A stretch of 63,600 nt of DNA, filler included, from Lama guanicoe (GCA_013239625.1; 135 parts of 135 records of this genome joined end to end with filler, not necessarily neighbours in it); one strand, 5' to 3'. Shown: positions 25,346 to 37,701, counted from the first letter of the whole stretch. The notes: generated by a model not told the origin, from the sequence alone. Translations and numbers: made by a program.

Positions 25346-25917
25346 NNNNNNNNNNNNNNNNNNNNNNNNNNNNNNNNNNNNNNNNNNNNTTAATTAATTA
25401 ANNNNNNNNNNNNNNNNNNNNNNNNNNNNNNNNNNNNNNNNNNNNGTGACTGCTGTTCAGCACGGGGGTCCCTTCCTGGAATGTGGGCCAGCCCTTGGTT
25501 TTCTCAGTCACGCCTCCCTGGGGGCCGTGATTCTCTTTCTGAGACCCTGTTCTGGGTCTGTGTCGTTCCCACAGAGCGGCCCAGGGGCCAGTTTGGATGA
25601 GACAAGTCTGGTTTAGGCCTCAGTTCCGATACAGTTATGACTGCTTCTTTCCCTTTCCACAAGTGTCTCGTCTGGATAAAAGCAGATGCTCACCTGCTTC
25701 TACAACTGTGGGCAGGCCTCTCCCGTAATGAGAGTTGTGCTCATTATGCTGATTTCTCAGCCCGTTCGGGAGACAAATGCCCATGTGACCGAATTCCCCA
25801 AGTCACACCCTTGGCGCNNNNNNNNNNNNNNNNNNNNNNNNNNNNNNNNNNNNNNNNNNNNTTAATTAATTAANNNNNNNNNNNNNNNNNNNNNNNNNNN
25901 NNNNNNNNNNNNNNNNN

Positions 25918-26045
25918 CCCTCAATTTTCTTATCTGCAATAGAAAGAAAGCAGCATAGCTACTCCAGCTGATATGGTGAGGATTAACTTAAATAATGCAT
26001 GTGAAGGGCTCAGCAAAATGCCAGACACATAATAAGAGCTCGAGA
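25918..26045 (+). mobile_element. MIR SINE
   Basis: 'cctcaattttcttatctgcaa..gtgaggattaacttaaataatgcatgtgaagggctcagca..gccagacacataataagagctc'. Confidence 0.75.
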
Positions 26046-27333
26046 ATATTGCCTTTTAAAATCACTGAATGAAGTGCTAGCACTGTGACTCCTTAGGAAG
26101 CTCTGGAAGGACTCAGAATATGGGTGGAGTTTTGGACACGTTGAGCCTGAGGTGCCTGCAGGATACTGAGGTGGTGACATCCAGCAGGAAGTTGGATTTA
26201 AAGGTCTGGGGCGCTGGGGAAGGGCTCTGCTGTGTTACCAAGTTTTTGTTTCTGTCCACGCTCACTCCTGTGGTGCTCTCATCTCATCTNNNNNNNNNNN
26301 NNNNNNNNNNNNNNNNNNNNNNNNNNNNNNNNNTTAATTAATTAANNNNNNNNNNNNNNNNNNNNNNNNNNNNNNNNNNNNNNNNNNNNTGATGATTTTT
26401 CTCCTTGTTCCAGGTAGAAAGTGTTCGTTCGACCCATGCTCCAAATAGGGTTAATGGTTTGTTCCCATTAAAACTTGAATCGTTTTTTTTCCTTTCCCCA
26501 GCACTGCAGCTGACCTGGCAAGCTGTATGTCTCCATGTCTCTGAAAGAGTGACTAGGAGATTTTTTTTTTTTAATTAAAGCATCTTTTCAAACAAACTCA
26601 GGAACTTGAATCTACTGTCAAGATTAACTGGCTCAAAGCACACTACCGCCTGACAAGCACTTAATTTTTTTTTTAAATGTATTGGGTTCTGACTATTAGC
26701 ATGTAGAAATATTCTCATTTATTTTACACCTATTGTTGTAAAATAAGACTGCCGTTGGTTGNNNNNNNNNNNNNNNNNNNNNNNNNNNNNNNNNNNNNNN
26801 NNNNNTTAATTAATTAANNNNNNNNNNNNNNNNNNNNNNNNNNNNNNNNNNNNNNNNNNNNTGAATTTATACTGTATTTAATAATTATTTTAGATGTAAA
26901 AATGTGGAAACTGAAACTCACAAACACATGTACATTTAAATACTAGACGCTGTGATCACAGAGGAAATAGAAAAGTTAAAACCCTGATGTTGGGAATGCA
27001 GGCTCCACCAGCTGCCAGCTCTGTGACTCTGGGTAAATAGGGTCACCTCTCCCAGTGATTTCCCGACTGCAGGGCTGGAGTAAGGAGCCGTCTCCCTCCT
27101 GGGGCACGGACTGTTGCTGGGCGGCGCTCCGTGAGCTGGAGCCCACGGGGTTGGGACTAGAGGCTGGCCAGGATGCCCAGGAAAGGGGGGTGATGCACTG
27201 AGGGGCAGGACTGATGGGGCAGAGCAGATGAAGNNNNNNNNNNNNNNNNNNNNNNNNNNNNNNNNNNNNNNNNNNNNTTAATTAATTAANNNNNNNNNNN
27301 NNNNNNNNNNNNNNNNNNNNNNNNNNNNNNNNN

Positions 27334-27705
27334 GTTTTTAGCCAATTAGCCACCATATGTCTTTTGATTGAAGGATTTAGCTCAATGACATTTAAAGTAA
27401 CTATTGACAGGTATGTACTTATTGTCATTCAATTGCTTGTTTTTCAGCTGTTTTTGTAGTTCTTCTCTGTTTATTTTTCTTCTTTTCATTTCTCCCATTG
27501 TGGTTTGATGATTTTCATTTATGTATGCTTGGGTTCCTCTCTTTGTTTTTGGTATATCTGTTGCAGGTTTTTGATTTGTGGTCACAATAGAGTTCATATA
27601 TGTTGACAATTTTATCTGCTTGATTTAAACTATTAGTCATGTAAGTTCAAACATATTCTAAAAGATCTACATTTTTACTCCCCTCCTCCATATCTTGTGG
27701 TTTTT
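27334..27705 (-). mobile_element. L1 inter-ORF spacer / start of ORF2 endonuclease
   Basis: 'ttgattgaaggatttagctcaatgacatttaaagtaactattgacaggtatgtacttattgtca' is antisense to the ORF2 start (YLSIITLNVNGLN-like). Confidence 0.85.
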
Positions 27706-27850
27706 NNNNNNNNNNNNNNNNNNNNNNNNNNNNNNNNNNNNNNNNNNNNTTAATTAATTAANNNNNNNNNNNNNNNNNNNNNNNNNNNNNNNNNNNNNNN
27801 NNNNNGACGGCCAGTGCCTTGTGCAGCGTCTGGTTGGGGCTTGGAGGCTC

Positions 27851-27875
27851 TGCGCGCGCGCGCGCGTGCGTGCGT

Positions 27876-27913
<38 letters not shown>
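27851..27913. repeat. Compound (CG)n-(CGTG)n-(TG)n alternating purine-pyrimidine tract; a second (CA)n lies at about 28105-28123
   Basis: tgcgcgcgcgcgcgcgtgcgtgcgtgcgtgcgtgtgcgtgtgtg... Confidence 0.95.
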
Positions 27914-29699
27914 CTTGCCTCCTGCAAACAGATGATGCTGGGAAGGCGTGAAAGAGGTCAGAGGGCATTTAGGAATGGCAGGAAAGGGGGTCAGCTTTCT
28001 TGGACTTAGGTCTCTATAGGGACGCTATCACCCTACAGAAGATTTAGATGCAGAAAATATTAAAACCGTTTTCTCTACAAAGCGATACTGGCTTATTTTT
28101 CTGTACACACACACACACACACACCCCAGGGTACATACTCTTTTGATTAAGGACAGAACTATGGGGTAGAACACNNNNNNNNNNNNNNNNNNNNNNNNNN
28201 NNNNNNNNNNNNNNNNNNTTAATTAATTAANNNNNNNNNNNNNNNNNNNNNNNNNNNNNNNNNNNNNNNNNNNNTTCCTAAATTTTAACAAAAGCTCTAG
28301 TTTGAGGAAAGAAGAGCTTTGATGAATTGTCTGTTATTCAGAACTTCAATTTTATCAGAATTGCTTTTCTTGAATGTTTCTAGGGGAAGAGGGCAAAGCT
28401 GTAAAGCAGAAATTAAAATTAAATTAGAGATGCTTATCCTAATAATTATCAACTACTTCATGTTACATATAAGTTCATATTAAAAATGAAGTATTATTCA
28501 GTGTCATTTTGTAGTTAAAAAGAGTGGCTCTTTGAGAACTTACTGTAACAATCTAATGAAAGGTAATTCTGTTTGGTCTTCACAAATAGATACTCTTTTA
28601 AAGAATAAGGCACAACATAGTTAACCAACTTGCTAAAAGAATAACANNNNNNNNNNNNNNNNNNNNNNNNNNNNNNNNNNNNNNNNNNNNTTAATTAATT
28701 AANNNNNNNNNNNNNNNNNNNNNNNNNNNNNNNNNNNNNNNNNNNNTCTGTTATCTGTAACGGGACCTCTACCCAAGTGATACACAAATGATGAGACTTT
28801 CAGGTATATATGTGAAAGTAAGTGTCGTACCGCAAAGGAAAAATCACCTGTTCTGCACAGATGTCCTATGATCACCTCCAAGAGTCACATGAACTTCTAC
28901 TGAAAAATGGTTTTGGCCTCACGGGAGTGAGTAGAATGATCCTGAACATATTAATGTCCAGTATCTATCAGTTTTGTTATAATTTGGAAATCACGATAAA
29001 AAATGTACTCAAATTGAGAACCAACCAAACCTCAGAACAGCAAGGAATGGACGTCTTAAAGTCTGTTCATGATTTCTAGGGGGTCTCTGAGTAACACACT
29101 GTAGACACAGGATGTGAGNNNNNNNNNNNNNNNNNNNNNNNNNNNNNNNNNNNNNNNNNNNNTTAATTAATTAANNNNNNNNNNNNNNNNNNNNNNNNNN
29201 NNNNNNNNNNNNNNNNNNGTGGCCAGGATGGCCTAGTGTCCCCACTTCCTGGGTACCTGTCACATCCTTCAGCCTCAGGACCTGCCCATCTGCCCACTCC
29301 CCTCCTCCAAGGCCACTCTGGCCACGAGGCACCCGTGACGACAGCCGCCAGGCAGTAAGGAGCACCAGCCCCTTGCAGTCACACAGCAGCCATGGCAGTG
29401 TACCGGGTCATCTGATGTTCAAATCAAAGGAAAACTGGAGGTGGCAGGGGAGCCTGCAGAGGGGTGGGCATCACCTGTTTCACAGAGAAATGAGCCCAGG
29501 CCACCTTCTACACGAGTCCAGGGGTTGGCGGCTGTTCAGCACACATGACCTTTTTTGGCCCATATGGCATGCAGGAGCGAGCCCCCCACCNNNNNNNNNN
29601 NNNNNNNNNNNNNNNNNNNNNNNNNNNNNNNNNNTTAATTAATTAANNNNNNNNNNNNNNNNNNNNNNNNNNNNNNNNNNNNNNNNNNNNCCCCCCGAG

Positions 29700-29980
29700 G
29701 AGTGAGGCTAAGCCGGCCCTGAAAACAGCAACTCTAAGCCCACTCTAACAAGGCACTAAAAACTCCAGTAAACAACTAAAAGGGTCAGGTTAATGCTTAA
29801 GTAAGGTAATTGCCTTCCAAGTGCCAAAGCCCAGTGCTCCTGAAGGGAAGACAGGAATCCAGACGATGCTGGACGATACGGACGATGTCAAGCATCCAGT
29901 TAAAACTACTAGGCACGTGGCGAAGCGGGACCTGTGGTCCACGACCAGGAGAAAAACTAGTTAATAGAAACAGAGCTGTG
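29700..29980 (+). mobile_element. Old L1M 5' region / ORF1 start, highly diverged
   Basis: 'catccagttaaaactactaggcacgtggcgaagcggga..ccacgaccaggagaaaaactagttaatagaaacagag'. Confidence 0.5.
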
Positions 29981-31106
29981 ACTTTCTAACCGTCAAACCG
30001 AAAGATTTCAATTTAGTTGTGCTCTTCCTACTTGCCAGCATTGTTGCATGATGCCTACGACCNNNNNNNNNNNNNNNNNNNNNNNNNNNNNNNNNNNNNN
30101 NNNNNNTTAATTAATTAANNNNNNNNNNNNNNNNNNNNNNNNNNNNNNNNNNNNNNNNNNNNACAATAGTGAATAACAGAGGTGAAAGGAAATCTCTGGG
30201 CCTTGTTCCAGGTGATTGACATTTACTGTGTGATTTTTATAATGCTTTGTATCAATTCAAAAATTTGTTCTTAGTCCTATTTTCATGAGTGTTTATGCCA
30301 TGAAATAGGATTGGAATTGGTTTAAAGCTTGTGGTGAATCAAGTGGATGAGATGATGTGACTTTTCTGAATTGTATAAATATTGTTTATTACATTGCTCA
30401 GCTTACATTGTTAAAACTGGATTATCTGCTTTAGAGACATTTGCAGGAGGTGCACACACATTTCTATTTTCCTGTTAATTTCAGGTAAGTAGTAATGTAC
30501 AGGTAGGTGGAAGACTCTATTTTATAGGTTAGTTNNNNNNNNNNNNNNNNNNNNNNNNNNNNNNNNNNNNNNNNNNNNTTAATTAATTAANNNNNNNNNN
30601 NNNNNNNNNNNNNNNNNNNNNNNNNNNNNNNNNNAGAGATCTCATAGTTCCCATTCCAAAATTTTAACTATGAATCAGGTACAACAATTTAAAATGCATC
30701 AGCTACAAAAGAGGTTGGATTCAAATTGGGTTTCTGGCAGATGGAACAAATCAGTCACATGTCTAGGTGACTAAGACACAAGATTTATATTTGTCCTTAA
30801 CAAGTCAAGTTCAATTACTTACCCCCTTTCTCAAAATTTGTATTTTAAAAAGATGGTGAGATAGGGGTTTCTCAAAAAGATCAGGTAGAACACATGCATC
30901 TCAAAGGCTTAAGGAGAAAAGCAAGTTACTCCTAGGATGACTTTGTTTCCTTGAAGCCAGAAAAAGCTTTTTCAATACACACAAGTTGCTTAAGATAAAT
31001 AGGGGCNNNNNNNNNNNNNNNNNNNNNNNNNNNNNNNNNNNNNNNNNNNNTTAATTAATTAANNNNNNNNNNNNNNNNNNNNNNNNNNNNNNNNNNNNNN
31101 NNNNNN

Positions 31107-31478
31107 GCCGGTCCACCAAGACTACATGCCCCAGCGCGCCCCGCCTTCCTCCGCCTACTCAAGTTACGTCGCGCCGGCCTCCTTCTGTCCCGCCCCCGAC
31201 TCCCATTGGCTCCGGGCTTTCTTTGTTAGCCGGACCGCGCCGCTGCCATTGGCCAGCTAGGCCGCCGATCGAGCCAGGGCGCGGCCCCGCCCCGCGCACA
31301 GCCCCGCCCCGCGCGCTGGCCGGTCGCTCCCTCGCGCGCGCCCGCCGCTCCGGAGTGCGCCCGGCGCTCCACTCCCCTTCGCTGCGGCCGAGGGCGGCGC
31401 GGGGACAGAGCGCGGGGACCGGTGAGGGGAGCGGCGCCGCACAGGCGGCGGGAGCGGGTGCGCAAGGCCGCGTCCATG
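31107..31478 (+). promoter_or_regulatory. CpG-island promoter / 5' UTR of an unidentified gene; the contig ends on a possible ATG (31476-31478)
   Basis: Very high GC and CpG content; several GC boxes (ccgccc); two ATTGG/CCAAT boxes (31205, 31248); ACTACA-nn-CCCCAGC ZNF143/THAP11-like motif at 31121; TTACGTC CRE-like site. Confidence 0.85.
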
Positions 31479-31578
31479 NNNNNNNNNNNNNNNNNNNNNN
31501 NNNNNNNNNNNNNNNNNNNNNNTTAATTAATTAANNNNNNNNNNNNNNNNNNNNNNNNNNNNNNNNNNNNNNNNNNNN

Positions 31579-31950
31579 TGTACAATTTGATAGATTTTGA
31601 TAGACATATACACCTATGAAACCACCACCACAGTCAATATACCTAATATTTACATCTCTCCCCAAGCTGTGCACATTTCCTTCCCACCCCTTTTATGTCC
31701 TGGTAATCATAATTATTTTGTTCTCTGGGTCTGTGAGTTTGTTTCTGTTTTGTAAGTAAGTTCATTTGTGTCCCTTTTTTTAGATTCCACATATAATATG
31801 GCATTTTCCTTACTCTTTCTGGCTTACTTCCCTTAGAATGATGAACTCCAGGTCTATCCATGTTACTGCAAATGGCATCATTTTATTCTTTTTTATGGCT
31901 AAGTAGTATTACATTGTGTAAATATACCACAGCTTCTTTATCCAGTCATC
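31579..31950 (-). mobile_element. L1 3' UTR (younger lineage-type element beside an older L1M piece)
   Basis: 'tttagattccacatataa..ctttctggcttacttcccttagaatga..ctccaggtctatccatgttactgcaaatggc'. Confidence 0.9.
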
Positions 31951-32050
31951 NNNNNNNNNNNNNNNNNNNNNNNNNNNNNNNNNNNNNNNNNNNNTTAATT
32001 AATTAANNNNNNNNNNNNNNNNNNNNNNNNNNNNNNNNNNNNNNNNNNNN

Positions 32051-32099
32051 CCGCTTGGCCTCCTTCTTGCGCTCCTTCTCTCGCAGTTTCTCCAGCTTC
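32051..32099 (-). CDS. FAM50A: FAM50A (XAP5) downstream exon, partial
   Basis: Acceptor ttggcag| is followed by (G) AAG CTG.. = KLEKLREKERKKEAKR, in frame with the upstream exon. Confidence 0.93.
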
Positions 32100-32335
32100 C
32101 TGCCAAGGCACAAACAGCCATCACGCACACCCCAACCCCCGAGGCCCCTCCCCTGACCCAGAGTCAGAGGAGTCCTACTGCCCTGGGGCACTCCCAGTTC
32201 ATCGGCAGGGCTCTGATTATGAAACAGGGTCCCCCCTTCAACGTGCAGGAGCCACCTGTCCCATCCCCATCCCCGCCATCTCAGCAGGAGCTACATCTTG
32301 GGTGGACAGCTGCTGGCTGGGAGGAGAGAACCCAC

Positions 32336-32422
32336 AGCTGCAGCTCCTTCGACTGCTCCTTCTTGGCCAGCTGCTTCTCCCGCTCCTTCACCAGTGCCTG
32401 CTGCTTCGCCTTCATGTCATTC
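32336..32422 (-). CDS. FAM50A: FAM50A (XAP5) upstream exon, partial; GT-AG intron at 32335-32100 (236 bp)
   Basis: [28 protein letters not shown](L)|gtggg. The spliced product matches FAM50A [45 protein letters not shown]. Confidence 0.93.
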
Positions 32423-32522
32423 NNNNNNNNNNNNNNNNNNNNNNNNNNNNNNNNNNNNNNNNNNNNTTAATTAATTAANNNNNNNNNNNNNNNNNNNNNN
32501 NNNNNNNNNNNNNNNNNNNNNN

Positions 32523-32894
32523 TTCAGCATCCTGGCCAGCATTTGCTGTTTGTTTTCTTTTGAAGAATGGCCATGGCCATGCTGACAGATGTGAGATGAT
32601 GTCTCCTGGGGATCTGGATTTGTGTTTCTCTGCTGTGAGCCACGTGGGGCAACTTTCCCAGTTCCTGGGCACATCTACATTTGTTCTTTGAGAAAACCTC
32701 TTGACTTGTTCTGTCCCTCTTTTAAATGGAGTGTTTGTTGGTTTGCTTTTGAATTGAAGGACAGTTGATTGCAAATGTTGTGTTGATTGCTGGTGGACAG
32801 CACGTATGGTCCTCGAGGCCAAGCTCAGTGAAACAAGTCAGACAGAGAAAGACCAGTCCTCAAAGAACAATTCCATGTGAAATCTTAAAAAAAA
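32523..32894. mobile_element. L1 ORF2 C-terminal pieces in opposite orientations (minus about 32523-32780; plus about 32810-32894)
   Basis: Antisense 'catcctggccagcatttgctg..ttgcaaat', then sense 'gctcagtgaaacaagtcagacagagaaagac..atgtgaaatcttaaaaaa'. Confidence 0.7.
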
Positions 32895-33311
32895 NNNNNN
32901 NNNNNNNNNNNNNNNNNNNNNNNNNNNNNNNNNNNNNNTTAATTAATTAANNNNNNNNNNNNNNNNNNNNNNNNNNNNNNNNNNNNNNNNNNNNTCTGTC
33001 ATAAATTTTAGCCACTGAATAGTATCATCAGTTTTGGGAACAGGGGCCTATATAAGTGGGTGGTAAAGTATAACAAACTTGCATAAGGATTCAGAAACGT
33101 GACACTAGATAGTCTCAAACATGTAAGATATGAAGATTCTGCACAAAATGTGATCAACAACTGAAGGTACCATTAAAATAAATAAATGTTGATAACAAAA
33201 ATTTTGACTGCTTTAATTTTCAATCATCGGTTTCTCTACAATGCATATTTTAAACTATAGGTTACATTGCAGCTCTCATTGGTTCCTTTTTTCCTTTTCT
33301 TTTCTTTTCCT

Positions 33312-33313
<2 letters not shown>

Positions 33314-33353
<40 letters not shown>
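33314..33353. repeat. Poly(T) tract of 40 nt at a contig end, preceded by a (TTTTC)-like run
   Basis: Direct reading; probably a retroelement tail. Confidence 0.9.
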
Positions 33354-33453
33354 NNNNNNNNNNNNNNNNNNNNNNNNNNNNNNNNNNNNNNNNNNNNTTA
33401 ATTAATTAANNNNNNNNNNNNNNNNNNNNNNNNNNNNNNNNNNNNNNNNNNNN

Positions 33454-33760
33454 AGAGTGGCAAACACAACAAAGCAAAGTAACAGGACTAAGTGAAGGCG
33501 CAGAAATGATACAAACTGAATTCTCACGCATTGTTGTTGGAACTGCAACAGTACAGCCACTTTGGAAAGCAGCTTGGCAGTGAGGCGTGGTAAACACAGA
33601 CTTACCGTAGGCCTAGCCATCCCTTCCCCAGGCACGCATGCAAGAGAAATGAAAACTTCCTTCTGCACAAAAGCCTCTACCTGAGCATTTACATCAACTT
33701 CATTCAGTATCACCAAAACCTGGCAAACAAGCCAAGTATCCTCCAGCTAGTCAAAGGGTA
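33454..33760 (+). mobile_element. Old L1 ORF2 end
   Basis: 'ttgttgggaactgcaacagtacagccactttggaaagcagcttggcag..caagagaaatgaaaac'. Confidence 0.75.
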
Positions 33761-35597
33761 AGCTACCACTCGGTACCAAGAAAAAGGGAAAACGTGACCC
33801 TATGTTCCCAATTGCTCGTTTCTTANNNNNNNNNNNNNNNNNNNNNNNNNNNNNNNNNNNNNNNNNNNNTTAATTAATTAANNNNNNNNNNNNNNNNNNN
33901 NNNNNNNNNNNNNNNNNNNNNNNNNTGTATTCAGTTTGAACTCTCTTCTCAGCCTACAACAGTCTAAATTGTTCCTGTAATTCAATCCTGTGCCCACAGG
34001 CCTGTTATGAGGATGTGATTTTGCTGTGCGTAGTTCTTGCCCTGGTCACAGAAAACACCTGTGCCAGGTTTAGGATTTATAGGTTTGCTTATGTTTTTTT
34101 CAGAGGGTATTGTCGTATGAGAATGTAACAAGGTATGTTCATTGAGGTTTATGATGGCTTAAATAATTACCTATCACCAAAAATACATTTATACGTATAT
34201 AGTGTAGTTGGTAAAGGCAACAAGGGATGGTGAGGGCAGGGAGGTGAGTGACGGAATGAAAAAGTCTGCCTTGAAGGCCATATAGTTAGAGGGTAACNNN
34301 NNNNNNNNNNNNNNNNNNNNNNNNNNNNNNNNNNNNNNNNNTTAATTAATTAANNNNNNNNNNNNNNNNNNNNNNNNNNNNNNNNNNNNNNNNNNNNTAG
34401 TGTGGGTTTCCCGGGCACAGAGTACAGCTCTCCCAGCTGGTGTTACTGGTAGAAGAGAGCATTCACTTAGTTTTCTTCCTTTATTTACTAAGATGTCTGG
34501 TTTTATTCTTAATATTATTCGTTCCTGTGTTTTTTCCTCCTGCCCTTCGGAGAATCAAGTCTGTAAACTGCGCTCTGGCAATGAATTTCCATTGCAGGAT
34601 CCTAGCTTTACAATAGAGAATTACTAGAAATATAAACCATTTGTTATAAGCAGAAGACTTTTAATATCTATGTAGCAAGTACTGGAAAGTGAAAAACAGG
34701 TTTACACTTTACCGTTTGTTGTATTTATTCTTTCTCTTTTCATAATATCTCACTTGCCTCTTCTAGACANNNNNNNNNNNNNNNNNNNNNNNNNNNNNNN
34801 NNNNNNNNNNNNNTTAATTAATTAANNNNNNNNNNNNNNNNNNNNNNNNNNNNNNNNNNNNNNNNNNNNTTTATGACTAAAACCTACCAGCTAAGGCTAA
34901 ATCACACATGAAGATGGTATGGCAGGTCTCTATTCTAAAATTCTGGCTGATAAAACTAGAACTGTCATCTCACAATAGGGTACTGGTGAGAAAAAAAGAC
35001 TTAGAACTTAGGAGATTGCCTCTGGCTGTTGATTCAGTGAATCTGACAGGTCTCTGCATTTGTCAACAGGCCCAGAGGGACACCTATGTTGAAGCCATGG
35101 TGGTAGAGGAGGCAAATGAGGACAAAAATATCTTCTGAGTGTCTACACTTGGTACTTTTATTTTTTCAAAACTGCTCTACACCGTTAGAGTTCCCCAGGG
35201 GTCAGTCTGTTATGCCAGGACCAGGGTCACTTCTACAACCTNNNNNNNNNNNNNNNNNNNNNNNNNNNNNNNNNNNNNNNNNNNNTTAATTAATTAANNN
35301 NNNNNNNNNNNNNNNNNNNNNNNNNNNNNNNNNNNNNNNNNGCCCCTCACGCCTCGGGGGACCACTCCGGGGCCTGTCACCACAGCAGTCACCTGCCCTG
35401 TCGCAGCACCACCCTCTGCGGATGGCCTCTTGCATTGACTCCTTGATGCAGGTTCTGCCCTTAGGGTAACTCACACCCAGGTAGAAACACCTTCCTCTGG
35501 GAATGCTGATAACTGCGTTTCCGTGGAATTGCTGGAGCTGAGGACACGACAGGGCCCACTGGACCGGACGCCCGTGGGACGCTGGTGCCCTTGCCCG

Positions 35598-35713
35598 TTT
35601 CCTAGGGCAGGTGTAACAGATTACTGCAAACTGGTTCACTTAAAGCAGCAGAAATGTATTCTTTCATCATCCTGGAGGCCAGCAGTCTGACGTCCACGTG
35701 TCAGAAGGGCCAC
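35598..35713 (-). mobile_element. MaLR LTR (MLT1C/D-like)
   Basis: 'tttcctagggc..tgtaacagattactgcaaactgg..cttaaagcagcagaaatgtattc..cctggaggccag'. Confidence 0.7.
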
Positions 35714-36309
35714 NNNNNNNNNNNNNNNNNNNNNNNNNNNNNNNNNNNNNNNNNNNNTTAATTAATTAANNNNNNNNNNNNNNNNNNNNNNNNNNNNNNN
35801 NNNNNNNNNNNNNAGAAATTTTAGAGATGAAACTTTCAGTAGAACCAACACATTATAAAATTCACCCCATCAAGGACAAAGGAGCTGAAACCGGAATACA
35901 GCATGGAGGAACGGTCCAGAATGCTGCAGAGTCCAGAAATGGACCTCCGGGGTGCCTGGGGAATAGGCCGCGGTGGGGCACCTGCAAGTTATCTCCTGCA
36001 AGTGTCAGAGGAAGGAAGCTGGGGACGTCCAGCAACAGCTCAAGAAATAGATAACTGAATGCTTTTCAGAGATGAGGACACACCCGCTAAGTGCTAGGAC
36101 GCATGCATTTACAAGTGACGTCTCTGCTCTGTCTTGACCCTTCATGGTGAAGCAAGGAAATGAAGGTTGAGTTAGAAAACAGACANNNNNNNNNNNNNNN
36201 NNNNNNNNNNNNNNNNNNNNNNNNNNNNNTTAATTAATTAANNNNNNNNNNNNNNNNNNNNNNNNNNNNNNNNNNNNNNNNNNNNGCATATAAAAAGCCA
36301 GCACAGTGA

Positions 36310-36620
36310 CTGAGACAGAATAATTTCAAATAACAGCTGAAAAAGGACTTTTGTGCAGAACCTATAAAAATTGATTCAAATTCAGGAGCAAGAAACAAAG
36401 AAACCAACTGAAAATTGGATCAAAGATTAGAACAGACACTTCCTCGAGGGGATTCATGGATGACAAGGAAGAAAATGAAAAAAAAATTCCCCACATCATT
36501 ACCCATTAGGTAAACAGAAAATAAAACAGAATGAAATGACTCTGCACAGCTATTAGGAGGGTGGAAGTCCAGCATGGGGATAACACCACTGGTGACAAAC
36601 AATGAGTACGTTGCTGCTGA
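36310..36620 (+). mobile_element. Old L1 ORF2 C-terminal fragment
   Basis: 'aaccaactgaaaattggatcaaagattagaacagacacttc..cacatcattacccattagg'. Confidence 0.65.
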
Positions 36621-37701
36621 AATTAAAGATGATACATCTGGGTTTGTCTGCAAAATANNNNNNNNNNNNNNNNNNNNNNNNNNNNNNNNNNNNNNNNNNN
36701 NTTAATTAATTAANNNNNNNNNNNNNNNNNNNNNNNNNNNNNNNNNNNNNNNNNNNNGGGGGGGGTAGGCTGAAATAATCTTGTTACCTTTCAGGAGGCT
36801 TGCCTAAAATGATTCTGTTTATTGACACATAACCTTTTTTTCCCCTCTAAAATAAATACCATTTCCCACTTTTGTCCATGAAAACATACTTGAAGCGCTG
36901 TTGTGTTTGGGTTCAGGGTTTGTTCATTGATTCAATTCATAAGCATTTAATGAGCTTCTACTGAGAAGGAAACAGTGTAACCTTGCGTGAGCTGATGGAC
37001 TTCTTCAAGTCTGTATTCTTATTGATAGAATAGCGATAATGACCATAACCTACTTTGTAGCATTATTGCCTCTGAACTGTGATGGAACAATGCATGTGAA
37101 ACACTAAACACAGTGCCGTTTATGGGAAGNNNNNNNNNNNNNNNNNNNNNNNNNNNNNNNNNNNNNNNNNNNNTTAATTAATTAANNNNNNNNNNNNNNN
37201 NNNNNNNNNNNNNNNNNNNNNNNNNNNNNTGGGGTCTCTTGGGATCCCCCCCGCCCCTCCTCGCCCCCGAGCACATCTGCCAGCTTTCTGGGTTTCGCAG
37301 TTCCCTTTACCTCATCATCTCCTGCCCAGACTTCTGCGTGTCTCTGAGCTGTTGCCCGATGTCCAGTCTTTGCCCCTGATGAAAGTCTGGGGTGCCAAGA
37401 AAGACTTCTCTCAGCTCTTCTGCCCACCTCATTTCTTTAATAGCCGGCCAAGCCCTCCACTGAAAATCTCAGAAGAGTTTCCTCTTAACCCTCTTGCCCT
37501 GGCCCCAGACCTTGGATGCCCCAGACCCCGACAGCCAGCAGAAGGCTGCCGGGTGGTTGCAGACATGCTCCATTGCCAGGCATCACTGCTGTCTCATCAG
37601 CNNNNNNNNNNNNNNNNNNNNNNNNNNNNNNNNNNNNNNNNNNNNTTAATTAATTAANNNNNNNNNNNNNNNNNNNNNNNNNNNNNNNNNNNNNNNNNNN
37701 N

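Noticed and set aside
31223..31534. Overlapping Arg/Ala/Gly/Pro-rich ORFs (also at 42370-42762 and 46157-46532)
   Set aside because: Stop-codon scarcity in GC-rich DNA explains them; no protein similarity recognised.
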